Shown: positions 19,786 to 28,943 of the stretch, one piece after another
How the letters are laid out: the number at the start of each line of letters is the position of its first letter
Position numbering within the stretch: the first letter of the stretch is position 1
Assembly (NCBI GenBank): GCA_023229865.1
Contig: JALNYL010000006.1
Location: 5,597 to 69,596, forward strand
From: Minisyncoccota bacterium
Lineage (GTDB): Bacteria; Patescibacteriota; Minisyncoccia; Phycocordibacterales; UBA1550
Direction: 5' to 3'
DNA: 64,000 nucleotides
The notes under the pieces: model-generated
The model's database searches: none
What the model saw: only the letters and a program-made list of their open reading frames with translations
Told to the model about the DNA's origin: nothing
Translations under genes and position numbers: made by a program

Positions 19786-20583
19786 TTACTCGACCCACCT
19801 TACCTCGTAGTAATGTAAGAGTCCTGGCTTGGGAATAATCCACTTTGCCAAGCCATTTTTATCAATTTGTTTTACTTCAGAGCCAAAAGATGTTTTCGCT
19901 CCAAAATCCCCATAATGTTCACAAACAGCCTCTTTCGATGTATATGTTAAAGGTAGCTTAAGCTCCAAATGCAGCACATCTGTTGGCTCATGTATTGTTG
20001 CAGAAAATGATCGCAGTGCTTTTTGTTGTGGGTCGACAAAATCCCACACTACTTCCGCCGTGACAGTTTCGTTTTTTTGTAAATTCCTTGAAAAACGAAT
20101 ATCAAAAAAGGTCCACACGTTCCTTTGAAATGCGGTTTGTACGCACTGCCCAGGAATGGCGCTACTGATGCTAATAGATCCTTGCCCAGTCCATTGATAA
20201 CGATCTCTGTAGGCGTCAAGGCCATTTCGGAGAGCTTTCAGCTTATATCGCCTTCTGTGTTGAATCTCTGTTGCGGAACGGTACTCATGATAAATATGTT
20301 TTTCTATAAGATGAAAATCAGGTTCAAGCCGTGGAAAGGTTGGTCGATGGCGACGGAAAGCGTTGTATGCCCAATTGATTGTCAAAGTAGATATTATAAA
20401 AAATAAGGCAAAAAGAGGTAACACATATTCATTAAGGAAATTCTGAGTCTTGCCAATTGAATCTGCGCCAATAAAGGAAACTGACGATGCAGCTACGATT
20501 ACTCCAGCACCCTTGATAATTTCAATTAGTAGATTCGAACCAATATCTACAGAAAATTTTCGTTTGAAACTTTCTAGGTTCAT
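19786..20583 (-). CDS. Hypothetical protein, two TM helices plus beta-rich domain
   Basis: Two N-terminal hydrophobic segments; SD GAGG before ATG 20583. Confidence 0.65.
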   Translation of the reverse strand: MNLESFKRKFSVDIGSNLLIEIIKGAGVIVAASSVSFIGADSIGKTQNFLNEYVLPLFALFFIISTLTINWAYNAFRRHRPTFPRLEPDFHLIEKHIYHEYRSATEIQHRRRYKLKALRNGLDAYRDRYQWTGQGSISISSAIPGQCVQTAFQRNVWTFFDIRFSRNLQKNETVTAEVVWDFVDPQQKALRSFSATIHEPTDVLHLELKLPLTYTSKEAVCEHYGDFGAKTSFGSEVKQIDKNGLAKWIIPKPGLLHYYEVRWVE

Positions 20584-20657
20584 TATGTCCCCTCGTTTCA
20601 GATACAGTTTGATTGGCACTCACAAGTGATTCGAATTGTGGCCGCCTGAATAATAAC

Positions 20658-21185
20658 CTAACTGTTATCTTCTCCAAACATCGTCTCTGTGAAGCCCTCA
20701 AAATATGCATGAACGCATGCTATGTGCCCAGCGACTTCATCCCTCAATTCCTTCTCTGTTGTCGAGGGAGGGAGGGCGAGCCATCGCCGCGCTTGTCTTT
20801 CAATACTCATTGAATTGGCATGTCGATCTAATACGCTTGGATGTATGCAGGCGAGTATCTCAATGGTGGCCTGGGTACGCAATTCATTGAGTGAGAATAT
20901 GTACCCGAGCATCTCTTCAGCGATTCTGTAGTACGCGTCATCACAGCCATCCTCGGCGCACCATGCCGGCAGATCAATATCGGAAAGTACGAGTTCAAGC
21001 TTCTGGTCGAATGTGAGGTGCTCAACACGGAGAACATGCCGATTTGGAACAAGATTGCGAACATATTCTTCGAGCAAAATTTCCATGCGATGATGCCCAA
21101 CGAGAATTATTTCCGTCAGGTCGTGTGCCCTTTGGAGAGCAACGTATATTGATGTCTGTTCAAAATCTTCGTCGCGGATGTTCAT
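20658..21185 (-). CDS. Hypothetical protein
   Basis: 175-aa ORF with helical, protein-like composition. Confidence 0.55.
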   Translation of the reverse strand: MNIRDEDFEQTSIYVALQRAHDLTEIILVGHHRMEILLEEYVRNLVPNRHVLRVEHLTFDQKLELVLSDIDLPAWCAEDGCDDAYYRIAEEMLGYIFSLNELRTQATIEILACIHPSVLDRHANSMSIERQARRWLALPPSTTEKELRDEVAGHIACVHAYFEGFTETMFGEDNS

Positions 21186-21279
21186 TGTTGTTCTGTGCCG
21201 AAGCAGTCAGTAAAACACGTCTGCTCAATCGCAGAGTATCTCCATAGGAATTTTACGTAAAATGCTGGTGGAATTTTAA

Positions 21280-22653
21280 ATGTTTTCAGGCGCGGAGTAT
21301 CCTTCTATGACGATTATTGCTGAGCTCCTAAAGCCCTATGTGCTGTTCCTGCAAGGAGCTGCCTATAGCATTGGACAGACATTGGATGGCTTGGGAGTCC
21401 TCTCGTCAAACATAGTCGAGACAGATGTCAATGGACAGATCATAGGAAGCTATTTGTCGCCATCTGAGGCTTACATTTCTATCCTGCTTGGTTTGTTGTT
21501 GCTCTACTTAATGCTTCTAGTTGGAGCACTCTTTCTTTCTGGTTATGTTTTAGGGAAATGGAGAGGAGCCTTAATTGCCACATTCATAATTTCCCTCCCT
21601 GGAATCGCCTCACTTCTCGGGATCTTTCCAAACATAAATTACTTGCCGGATAAATTTGTAATACACGGAACAGGGACCCTTGGGAGTGTTGGGGGGATGT
21701 TCCCTCTTGTGTTGATTGGATTATTGACAGGATGGAGTCTTGTACTCCTTCTGAGTGACTTATTTGATCTGGGTGATAGATTCCGACATTACTTCGATCA
21801 CTTCTGGTACTCCATGGCAGTGCTTGCAGGAATTTTCTTTGTTGCCGACACGGGAAATTCTGATGTGTTGCGTGAACTTGACGAGGCAAATCAACTTTCC
21901 AAGCAAGCGAGCATTTATCTCCTTCGGGAAGTAAGAGCATATGACGCTCAGTGCAATAGAACGCCATCCATTGGAAAAGTGTCTTGCTCTTGGGCCTCAG
22001 ATGTGCAACAAGAGCTGAGTGATTACGTGGTGGTAAGTCCACAGTCCTTTGCTAACTGGGGACCTAAATCTGCTTCTGACATTTACGACCCCTACAGGGG
22101 AAATATCTCGTCTGATCAAATCCAGCAAATTAGGCACGAGCTTAAGGCATACAACAGCACACACTGCCCTGTGAAGGACATCGGAAGGGGTTGGTCCCAG
22201 CAGTCGCGCTCATCAAGTGTTTGCCTCAGACCCCCAAGCGCCTTCTGCACTGCGTTTCCGGAACCTCTTGATGGGGTGTCTCAGAACAATACCATATTCC
22301 GAACTGTTGCCATTTCTAACGAGTGCGTTGTCGCATCACTAGTAGCCTTGCGCGCAAGACAGGAGAAGCTCGTTAACAAGGTTTCTGAGATCGAAGAATC
22401 TAAGCACTCCCGGTGGCTCTTCTTTGCACTTTTTTCTGTAGTCGCGGGTGGCAAAGTTGCAAATGCATCTGCAAGAGTCGCGGAGCTTGATAGAAGGAAT
22501 CAGCTTGAAAAGCGGCGTCTGCTTAAGTTAGTCCGCAATCTTTTGTCCATTGCCTGGAAACTAATTCAGCGCTCAGCCTCCACCGGACGGCGGATTTTGT
22601 CTTCCTCTTTAAGATTAGTGGGCCGAGTTATTGCTGCTAGTTGGAAGCGCTAA
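21280..22653 (+). CDS. Hypothetical multi-pass membrane protein with Cys-rich loop
   Basis: 457-aa ORF with several TM segments. Confidence 0.7.
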   Translation: MFSGAEYPSMTIIAELLKPYVLFLQGAAYSIGQTLDGLGVLSSNIVETDVNGQIIGSYLSPSEAYISILLGLLLLYLMLLVGALFLSGYVLGKWRGALIATFIISLPGIASLLGIFPNINYLPDKFVIHGTGTLGSVGGMFPLVLIGLLTGWSLVLLLSDLFDLGDRFRHYFDHFWYSMAVLAGIFFVADTGNSDVLRELDEANQLSKQASIYLLREVRAYDAQCNRTPSIGKVSCSWASDVQQELSDYVVVSPQSFANWGPKSASDIYDPYRGNISSDQIQQIRHELKAYNSTHCPVKDIGRGWSQQSRSSSVCLRPPSAFCTAFPEPLDGVSQNNTIFRTVAISNECVVASLVALRARQEKLVNKVSEIEESKHSRWLFFALFSVVAGGKVANASARVAELDRRNQLEKRRLLKLVRNLLSIAWKLIQRSASTGRRILSSSLRLVGRVIAASWKR

Positions 22654-22671
22654 TTCTTCCCCATAGTTCGC

Positions 22672-23523
22672 TCACTTTGACGTAGGGGAGTTGCTATTGA
22701 GTGTTAGGTTCCCCAAGAAAGTATTCCACTCCTTTTTGCTATCTTCTTTGAGCGATCTAATGCAAGGTTGTCCTGGCTTGAACATCCACTTTGAGCTTCT
22801 GATCAAGACTCCCACGACTTTGGGAACATCATTCTTGGGTGATTCCTTTGCAATATGCACTCCAATAATTCCACGTATTGCATTCCCTTCGACTTTGAAA
22901 GTTACGATGAAAGGCTCGTTCGACATGAGCCGTACGCATCCATCAATTTGGGGATCACAGGACCACCAATATATTTCCAGTTTTGTGAGATCGAGAATCA
23001 GGTGGAGGCATATATGCAGCCACCTCCCAAATTCTGATGGGTTGATGGTCTCGTCAATTTCTTTTGCTTCGTTTGGTAGTAATTTCCTATCGATATGAGA
23101 CGATAGTTTGTTCCGCGCAATGCTCACAGGAGCCTTGAAATCATGTGGGAGCATTGCGCTGAACTGTTTGCTTATGGCCTTGATTTGCTCGTACTGCTCA
23201 TCGCTTTTCAATAACTTTGCAGTGTCCTTGTTACACAAAATATCGTTAAGAAGATCATCGATGGACATTATGAGTGAATGGAGGGGCGTTATGGCAATCT
23301 TGAGACGGCGCTTCTTCTTCGTCGCGTTCTTCTGGTGAACCGCTTCCTCTAATAGTTCCTCAAGGTCTCGCAAGCACTCAAGACATCGCCATAATTTGTG
23401 TGCCGACGAGTTTGATGGGTGCCAAGCATTTACCTCAGCTTCGCCTTCCGCAAGCGAGCTCACAACTTCTCGGTCAATGGTGTCGAGATATACTGGTATC
23501 CCTCTGTTTTCTTCTTCAGACAT
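22672..23523 (-). CDS. Hypothetical protein
   Basis: Long ORF; SD GAGG before ATG 23523. Confidence 0.65.
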   Translation of the reverse strand: MSEEENRGIPVYLDTIDREVVSSLAEGEAEVNAWHPSNSSAHKLWRCLECLRDLEELLEEAVHQKNATKKKRRLKIAITPLHSLIMSIDDLLNDILCNKDTAKLLKSDEQYEQIKAISKQFSAMLPHDFKAPVSIARNKLSSHIDRKLLPNEAKEIDETINPSEFGRWLHICLHLILDLTKLEIYWWSCDPQIDGCVRLMSNEPFIVTFKVEGNAIRGIIGVHIAKESPKNDVPKVVGVLIRSSKWMFKPGQPCIRSLKEDSKKEWNTFLGNLTLNSNSPTSK

Positions 23524-23632
23524 TACCTCTCCGCTCATATTGAACCGCATCACTAGTTTCAACCACTTCTATTGCCAAACCGGAACATTTCCACTTCTAC
23601 ATATCAACACTCACAGCAAGTAGCATTGTCAC

Positions 23633-23809
23633 ATGCAATATAGCAACGAAGTCATACAGAAGTTTATCGCTGCCTACGAACGCGCGCATGGAGAAACACT
23701 CACGCGTGAGGAAGCGATAGTCATGTTTGGAAGACTTGTTCGACTCTATCGCGTATTGCTAATACCTCTGCCTGATGACGATGATCAGTCTACAGGGCTT
23801 CTTCTGTAG
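23633..23809 (+). CDS. Small protein of the type seen next to CPR integrases (58 aa)
   Basis: MQYSNEVIQKFIAAYERAHGETLTREEAIVMFGRLVRLYRVL... pattern (F...Y....G..L...EA......LV.L); family recognised from memory. Confidence 0.55.
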   Translation: MQYSNEVIQKFIAAYERAHGETLTREEAIVMFGRLVRLYRVLLIPLPDDDDQSTGLLL

Positions 23810-23920
23810 TATCTGGCTCCAGTGCTTCGAGCACTTGTTTTTGCAGTACTCGGATATTGTGTAAGACGTGTTCTGTTTCAGTGTCTCCAGTTTCAATTAA
23901 TGTGCGAACGTACTTCATGT

Positions 23921-24079
23921 ACCCGCACAAAACGTAAAGAAAAACAGTGCCTGCGCACTGTTTTTTAGTTTTGTGAACCGCAGTGATGTTTTGCGAGCAC
24001 GCAAAACCACGAGGTGGGGCCGGCAAACACTTACGTCTGTGAGGATGTAATCATCCGAAGAGACTTAGTGATTTGTGGA
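23921..24079 (+). repeat. tRNA-3'-like remnant, hairpin and two-hairpin structured element (orphan copy, probable attR)
   Basis: ACCCGCACA, hairpin, then CCGCAG...AGCA...GAGGTGGGG...CACTTA...CTTAGTGA shared with the copies at 26.26 and 28.27 kb. Confidence 0.7.
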
Positions 24080-24189
24080 CAAGCAAACTTTGTGCGCGTA
24101 GCGCTCGACTCCTGTCTTGTTCGTGACCGAGAGCGGTCCCCCTGCCATTATAAAACAAAACCCCCCGACCTTGGTCGGGGGGTTGGGGA

Positions 24190-24735
24190 TTACATCTGCA
24201 TCAAGCGTTTCAGGATTCGGTACGAGCTCATCGCCCCATTGAAGCCTTTGTGAGGCATCGATTCAACAGGGAGTCCGAGCCATTTGGCAACCTCGTCTTT
24301 GTTGAGCTTATCAATGCCGGAAGTCCTGAGTTTTGTCCAGCCGATAGTGAAGAGTTCAAGACGATGATAGTCCATATTGTCCGTGACCGCAGTTCTTCGG
24401 AAGGCTTCTGCAATAAAGGACCAGTCGTACGCCATGTTGTGAGCAGCAAAGAGGGCGCCTTGTGTCTTCTTCGCATATTGAGACATTGCAATACTGAGAG
24501 GGGGTGCGTCCACCCAGTCAGCTTCGTTGTAACCAGTGTGTGTGATACACTTCGCACTCGCTGTTTCGGGGTGCTCTGGTTTTACTCGCGTATCCATGGT
24601 GTCGATGATATCGAAAGTCCGTTGGTCAATGAGTACAAGTCCAATGTCGATAATTTCGTTGGTTATCGGGGAGTGTCCCGTGGTCTCGACATCAGTAATT
24701 GCGATCGGCCTATCAAGAATGCATACGTCATTCAT
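24190..24735 (-). CDS. DEDDh 3'-5' exonuclease (DnaQ-like)
   Basis: DVETTG, AHN..YD, H motif (final Asp appears substituted). Confidence 0.85.
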   Translation of the reverse strand: MNDVCILDRPIAITDVETTGHSPITNEIIDIGLVLIDQRTFDIIDTMDTRVKPEHPETASAKCITHTGYNEADWVDAPPLSIAMSQYAKKTQGALFAAHNMAYDWSFIAEAFRRTAVTDNMDYHRLELFTIGWTKLRTSGIDKLNKDEVAKWLGLPVESMPHKGFNGAMSSYRILKRLMQM

Positions 24736-24860
24736 TTTGGAATCCTCTTCGTTTGTTTAAAGATCAGGTACTGCTTTTGATACACTCTCAAAAAGCGGGC
24801 CAAAAGTCAAACAAATAAAAACTGCCCGACTTGTGGTCGGGCAGTAGTAGTGAGGTTGAA

Positions 24861-25283
24861 TCAGTAGGGTTTCGGCTTGCCATCTTCTGTACGAATACGC
24901 ATGCGCGTTTCCGATACCGACAAGACCTTGATCAAGTTGATGTCAGGACTTGAGACGGAGCCGCTGGGAGAAATTTCCCAGACGGGCTGTTGCGCGTCTG
25001 CGAAATGGAGAGCCTCGCGGAATACTCCCGCCCCCCAGGTGCCATCACGGAAACCAAGGAAGATACCGGCGCTACAGCTCGGAAGGACGACTTCGGTGTA
25101 GTAGTCCATCCCATTACCCGTCTCGTTCTTGTACTTTTCGTAGCCCCCCGCGTGGTGACGTTGATTGGGGTTCTCGATTTCCCAGCCGGGGAAGATTTCC
25201 GCGATTTTTTCGAGAAGCTCTTGTTCAAGGGGAGTGTTGTAAACATTCACCGGGTGTCCGAAATACAATTTGCGTCCGCTCAT
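24861..25283 (-). CDS. Nucleoside 2-deoxyribosyltransferase-like protein
   Basis: LYFGHP...ENPN...GAGVFRE pattern; SD AGGAGG. Confidence 0.5.
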   Translation of the reverse strand: MSGRKLYFGHPVNVYNTPLEQELLEKIAEIFPGWEIENPNQRHHAGGYEKYKNETGNGMDYYTEVVLPSCSAGIFLGFRDGTWGAGVFREALHFADAQQPVWEISPSGSVSSPDINLIKVLSVSETRMRIRTEDGKPKPY

Positions 25284-25381
25284 TTGATTGCCTCCTTGTC
25301 GTTTAAAGATCGAGATATTGCTATTTGATAGCCTCTCAAAAAGGGGTGGAAAAGTCAATGCGCGGGGGGTATACTGTTTAT

Positions 25382-25582
25382 ATGATTAAATTTCCTCGGG
25401 CTGAATTTTGGGATATTTTTGGAGTTGGTGTTTTTGCCGCGATTACGCTTCTGAGCGGATGGGCCATCACGACAGGGGAGCCTATCCCTACGTGGGGGCT
25501 CGCGTTCCTGTTTTTTGTGGGGATTTTTGGGATTTTTGTTGACGGGACGATTGTAAATAAGACCTTTTTGAGGAAGAAATAG
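25382..25582 (+). CDS. Small membrane protein
   Basis: Two TM segments. Confidence 0.6.
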   Translation: MIKFPRAEFWDIFGVGVFAAITLLSGWAITTGEPIPTWGLAFLFFVGIFGIFVDGTIVNKTFLRKK

Positions 25583-25683
25583 TTTCCCTTCGGTGACTAG
25601 TTGTTGCCCGCCTTTTATGATAAAATATTAGGGTTCCTGGGGAATCCCCATTTGATAGAATTTTTAATTTCAAGATAGATACT

Positions 25684-25917
25684 ATGAAAGAAGTAACAAT
25701 TTACACAACTCCAACGTGCGGTTATTGCAAGATGGCAAAGGAGTTTTTTGTGTCGAACAATGTTCAGTTTAGCGAATACGATGTCGCAGCTGACCTTGAG
25801 AAGCGCAAGGAGATGATTGAAAAGAGTGGGCAGATGGGGGTTCCTGTTATCTTTGTTGATAACGAAATGACTGTTGGTTTTGATAAAAACCGCCTCTCAT
25901 CACTCCTTGGTTTGTAG
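25684..25917 (+). CDS. Glutaredoxin-like (NrdH-type) protein
   Basis: CGYC, GQMGVPV, VGFD. Confidence 0.9.
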   Translation: MKEVTIYTTPTCGYCKMAKEFFVSNNVQFSEYDVAADLEKRKEMIEKSGQMGVPVIFVDNEMTVGFDKNRLSSLLGL

Positions 25918-25934
25918 TTTGATTTTAGAATAAA

Positions 25935-25976
25935 TCTCTGTACGAAAGGCGGCCATGGCCGCCTTTCGTACAGAGA
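25935..25976. repeat. Perfect 42-bp palindrome
   Basis: TCTCTGTACGAAAGGCGGCCA|TGGCCGCCTTTCGTACAGAGA. Confidence 0.9.
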
Positions 25977-25980
25977 AAAT

Positions 25981-26055
25981 GCCCCTGTAGTTCAATGGAT
26001 AGAACAGTTCCGTCCTAAGGAATAGATGTAAGTTCGATTCTTACCAGAGGCACCA
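25981..26055 (+). tRNA. tRNA-Arg(CCT)
   Basis: Cloverleaf, anticodon loop GTCCTAA, GTTCGATTC T-arm, encoded CCA; one C-A mismatch in the acceptor stem. Confidence 0.9.
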
Positions 26056-26357
26056 GAAAAATCTCTACGTTTGTAGAGATTTTTTGTGCCCCTGGTAAGA
26101 ATCGAACAAGAAGGGGGCCAGGGAAACATTTGTTTCCCTGTGGAGGAAGGATTGGGAAAACCGTGGGTTTCCCAAGGGTGAGATAGTGAAGCGTCTTACC
26201 AGAGGCACAAAGCGTTAAGAAAACCTGCTCTTCTGCAGGTTTTTAGCTTTGTGCGACCGCAGCCATATTTCGTCAGCAGATGAAATGGCGAGGTGGGGTA
26301 GCGAGCACTTATGTAGATTGCGAGCAGGGCGAAGCAATATACTTAGTGACTCGTGAC
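26056..26357 (+). repeat. Tandem tRNA-associated structured elements
   Basis: Antisense tRNA 3' copy (26086-26107), two-hairpin unit, sense copy TCTTACCAGAGGCAC (26194-26208), hairpin, second two-hairpin unit. Confidence 0.8.
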
Positions 26358-26487
26358 ACAAGATAATTTAGTCGAGCTTGCTCGTCCATATTTATAGGGG
26401 TACCTTCCTCCTTGCCCTATTTCGTATTTTCTGGCAGTATGACCGAGGAAAGTTGTTTCTAATTAACATACGTAAAGGGAGATTGAT

Positions 26488-27081
26488 ATGAATCCACCTG
26501 TGTGGTGTATTGGCATTACTGGCTTCAATGGGGCAGGGAAGTCAACTGTTGCGGAATTCCTCCGCGTCCACTATTCCGTGGGCTATTACGAGGCGGACGC
26601 ATTTCTCGAGGATGAACGCATCCGTCGTGAAATGCCAAAGGGAAGTGAGTCTCTCGCGTATGTCGCAAATGATTTGCGCGAAAAACACGGCCCCGAGCAC
26701 ATCATGAAAAGCCTCTCTGAAAAGGCAATCACGATTCGTGGACGCACACCGTTCATTATTGAGTCGGTGCGCTGTGTTGGGGAGGTCCAGTATCTCGCGC
26801 GGGAGTTTGGAGATAAATTTGCCCTTATCGGCGTGGATGCTCCAATCGAAGAGAGACATCGGCGTGTGATAGGACGAAAAAACCACACAGACTCCGTTGG
26901 CTTCAGGAAGTTTCTCGAACAAGAAACGCTTGAGATGGAGCAGCGGGATCCGTGGAAGCAAAATCTCCGCGGGTGCATGGATCTCGTGCGCAAAGAATTT
27001 CTCGTATGGAATGCGAGTACGGAATCGCAACTTGCTCGCGATCTCCGTATTATTGCGCGCGCTATGAGGCTTCCGTGTTGA
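26488..27081 (+). CDS. P-loop nucleotide kinase (dephospho-CoA kinase-like)
   Basis: IGITGFNGAGKST, IIESVR, DAPIEER. Confidence 0.75.
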   Translation: MNPPVWCIGITGFNGAGKSTVAEFLRVHYSVGYYEADAFLEDERIRREMPKGSESLAYVANDLREKHGPEHIMKSLSEKAITIRGRTPFIIESVRCVGEVQYLAREFGDKFALIGVDAPIEERHRRVIGRKNHTDSVGFRKFLEQETLEMEQRDPWKQNLRGCMDLVRKEFLVWNASTESQLARDLRIIARAMRLPC

Positions 27082-27249
27082 TGTATGTTTTTCAAACCAG
27101 GGCGATTTGTCGTCCTGGTTTTTTGTTGAATCGCGGATAAGCACCGAATCATGAGGGGGTTGACATCTCTGTTCCTGGTGGTATTATTATACCTAGGAAC
27201 TTCGTTCCTGAAGTCGTTCTTTTTCACAAAATTTTCGAAAGGAAAACCT

Positions 27250-27600
27250 ATGGCACAAAATGCCAAAGCAGCAAAACCCACCCTCGGCCGGAATTTCCTG
27301 AACGTCACAGCGTTCTCGAACTTTCTTAATCAACCGTCAATGGAAGCCGCCATCGGCGCCAAGGGTTACGCCAAGTCCAAAAGCTGCCTCGATCTCTGCC
27401 TGAAAGGCCAGAAGATCCAGGAAGTCATGGTCGTCGGCGTTTCCGAAGGTGGTTTGGCCACCTGTGAGTTCTATGCACGTGGTGGCCGCAAAGAGGTGTT
27501 GTTTGCCTCGGCGGGTTGTCTCTCGGCAATCAAGCCAGTGGTCGCCAAACCCGCAGTCTCCAATGTGTACCAGGAGCTTGATCGTCTGGCCTTCGCTTAA
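27250..27600 (+). CDS. Hypothetical protein
   Basis: ORF with AAGGA upstream and a hairpin downstream. Confidence 0.55.
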   Translation: MAQNAKAAKPTLGRNFLNVTAFSNFLNQPSMEAAIGAKGYAKSKSCLDLCLKGQKIQEVMVVGVSEGGLATCEFYARGGRKEVLFASAGCLSAIKPVVAKPAVSNVYQELDRLAFA

Positions 27601-27702
27601 GGCTCAAAACGGTGGCATTTCGCCACCAAAAGCCCGTTCTTTGTGACGGGCTTTTTCATTGGAAAACTTGGAATTTTCGCCAAATCTGCTATAGTATGCG
27701 AT

Positions 27703-27990
27703 ATGGAATTGAATGACCGCAAGATCGATGAACTCCTCGAGCTTACCCGCGAGAATAACAAGATTCTTACGGGGATGCGTCGCGCACAGCGTTGGGGCTC
27801 GTTTTTGAAGCTCATGTATTGGATGGTTATCCTTGGTTCCATTTTTGGGGTGTATTACTACTTCCAGCCAACGATTCAGAAGTATACGAAGACTCTCCAG
27901 ACATCAATCGGAATCATTCAAAATTTTGAAAAGGCAGCCGGTTCAATTCCTACTGACACACAGGCTCTCAAGAATCTGTTGAATCGATAG
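27703..27990 (+). CDS. Hypothetical single-TM protein
   Basis: LLELTRENNKIL..MRR followed by a TM helix; pattern common in Parcubacteria. Confidence 0.7.
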   Translation: MELNDRKIDELLELTRENNKILTGMRRAQRWGSFLKLMYWMVILGSIFGVYYYFQPTIQKYTKTLQTSIGIIQNFEKAAGSIPTDTQALKNLLNR

Positions 27991-28114
27991 TAAAATTAGT
28001 CGAAAGTTAAAAGTGACAAGTCGAAAGTATTTGCCGAGGTAGCTGTTTTGGTAGGCCCAGAAGAGGGAAACAAAACAAAGTACCATGAAGGATAGGTAAG
28101 AGAAAAAAGTATAT

Positions 28115-28187
28115 GCCGAGGTAGCTCAGTTGGTAGAGCATTCGCCTGAAGAGCGAGGGGTCACCAGTTCAACCCTGGTCCTCGGCA
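28115..28187 (+). tRNA. tRNA-Phe(GAA)
   Basis: Cloverleaf, anticodon loop CTGAAGA; CCA not encoded. Confidence 0.95.
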
Positions 28188-28390
28188 CAAAATACAAAAA
28201 CCGCACAACGTCGTTGTGCGGTTTTTGTATTTTGTGCCGAGGAAGTAAGCGGAGCTTGCGTCCAGGGTTGAAGGCCGCAGCTATATTTCGTCAACAGACG
28301 AAATAGCGAGGCGGGGGCGCAAGCACTTACGCAGATTGCGAGCTTTGCGAGGCAATATGCTTAGTGACTTGTGTCCGCCCTGATCCTCGG
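28188..28390 (+). repeat. tRNA-associated structured element
   Basis: Perfect 32-bp inverted repeat including the tRNA end (28179-28243), antisense T-arm CCAGGGTTGAA, two-hairpin core, sense copy CCCTGATCCTCGG. Confidence 0.8.
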
Positions 28391-28397
28391 ATAAGTA

Positions 28398-28459
28398 GTA
28401 AAAGAAAAAGGACCGACTTTTGAATCATCTGATTCAAAAGTCGGTCCTTTTTCTTTTAC
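28398..28459. terminator. Bidirectional terminator-like perfect 30-bp inverted repeat
   Basis: GTAAAAGAAAAAGGACCGACTTTTGAATCA, TC, then its exact reverse complement. Confidence 0.75.
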
Positions 28460-28465
28460 AATTTC

Positions 28466-28930
28466 CTACAGCGACTTAATCTTAATAGTCTGCTTGCGAT
28501 CCTTATCAATCTTTGGAAGCTTGATCGTGAGGAGACCGTGCTTTTCCGTTGCCTCTACATCCTCGGTCTCTACTTCAGCAGGGAGGAGGATCGTGCGAGA
28601 AAATGCGCCCCAGTAGAGCTCCTGATAAAAATAGTTTTCTGCGGCAACCCCTTTTGGTGCTTCGCGCTTGCCTTTGATGGTTACCATCTCGCGCGTTACT
28701 GATACGGAGAGATCTTCTGATGCGACTCCTGCGACCATTGCTTGGATTACGATAGCGTCGTTTGTCTGGTATACGTCGACAGCGAGCTCTCCCTCGGGAG
28801 CTTCTGTGGGTTCCCATGAACCAGCGTTCTCTTCTGGCATCTGCTCAACCTCAATATCTTCTTCAAAATCTGAAGAGCGATTTTTGAGCGCAATAGTCCC
28901 CGTGAGTCGTTCGAAAAAAGATCGTTTCAT
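28466..28930 (-). CDS. Hsp20/alpha-crystallin small heat-shock protein
   Basis: VDVYQT...FSRTILLP...HGLLTIKLPK. Confidence 0.92.
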   Translation of the reverse strand: MKRSFFERLTGTIALKNRSSDFEEDIEVEQMPEENAGSWEPTEAPEGELAVDVYQTNDAIVIQAMVAGVASEDLSVSVTREMVTIKGKREAPKGVAAENYFYQELYWGAFSRTILLPAEVETEDVEATEKHGLLTIKLPKIDKDRKQTIKIKSL

Positions 28931-28943
28931 AATGGTAATGTGA

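Larger units (their letters stand above)
1..23930. mobile_element. Genomic island / integrative element (left end outside the window)
   Basis: Serine recombinase, VirD4-like ATPases, radC, defence/toxin cargo and no intact core genes. Abrupt switch to CPR-like core genes after a tRNA-3'-like remnant at ~23,921-23,929. Confidence 0.8.

Noticed and set aside
19786-23523. Integron cassette array
   Set aside because: The genes alternate in orientation, and no attC-like repeats or IntI were seen.
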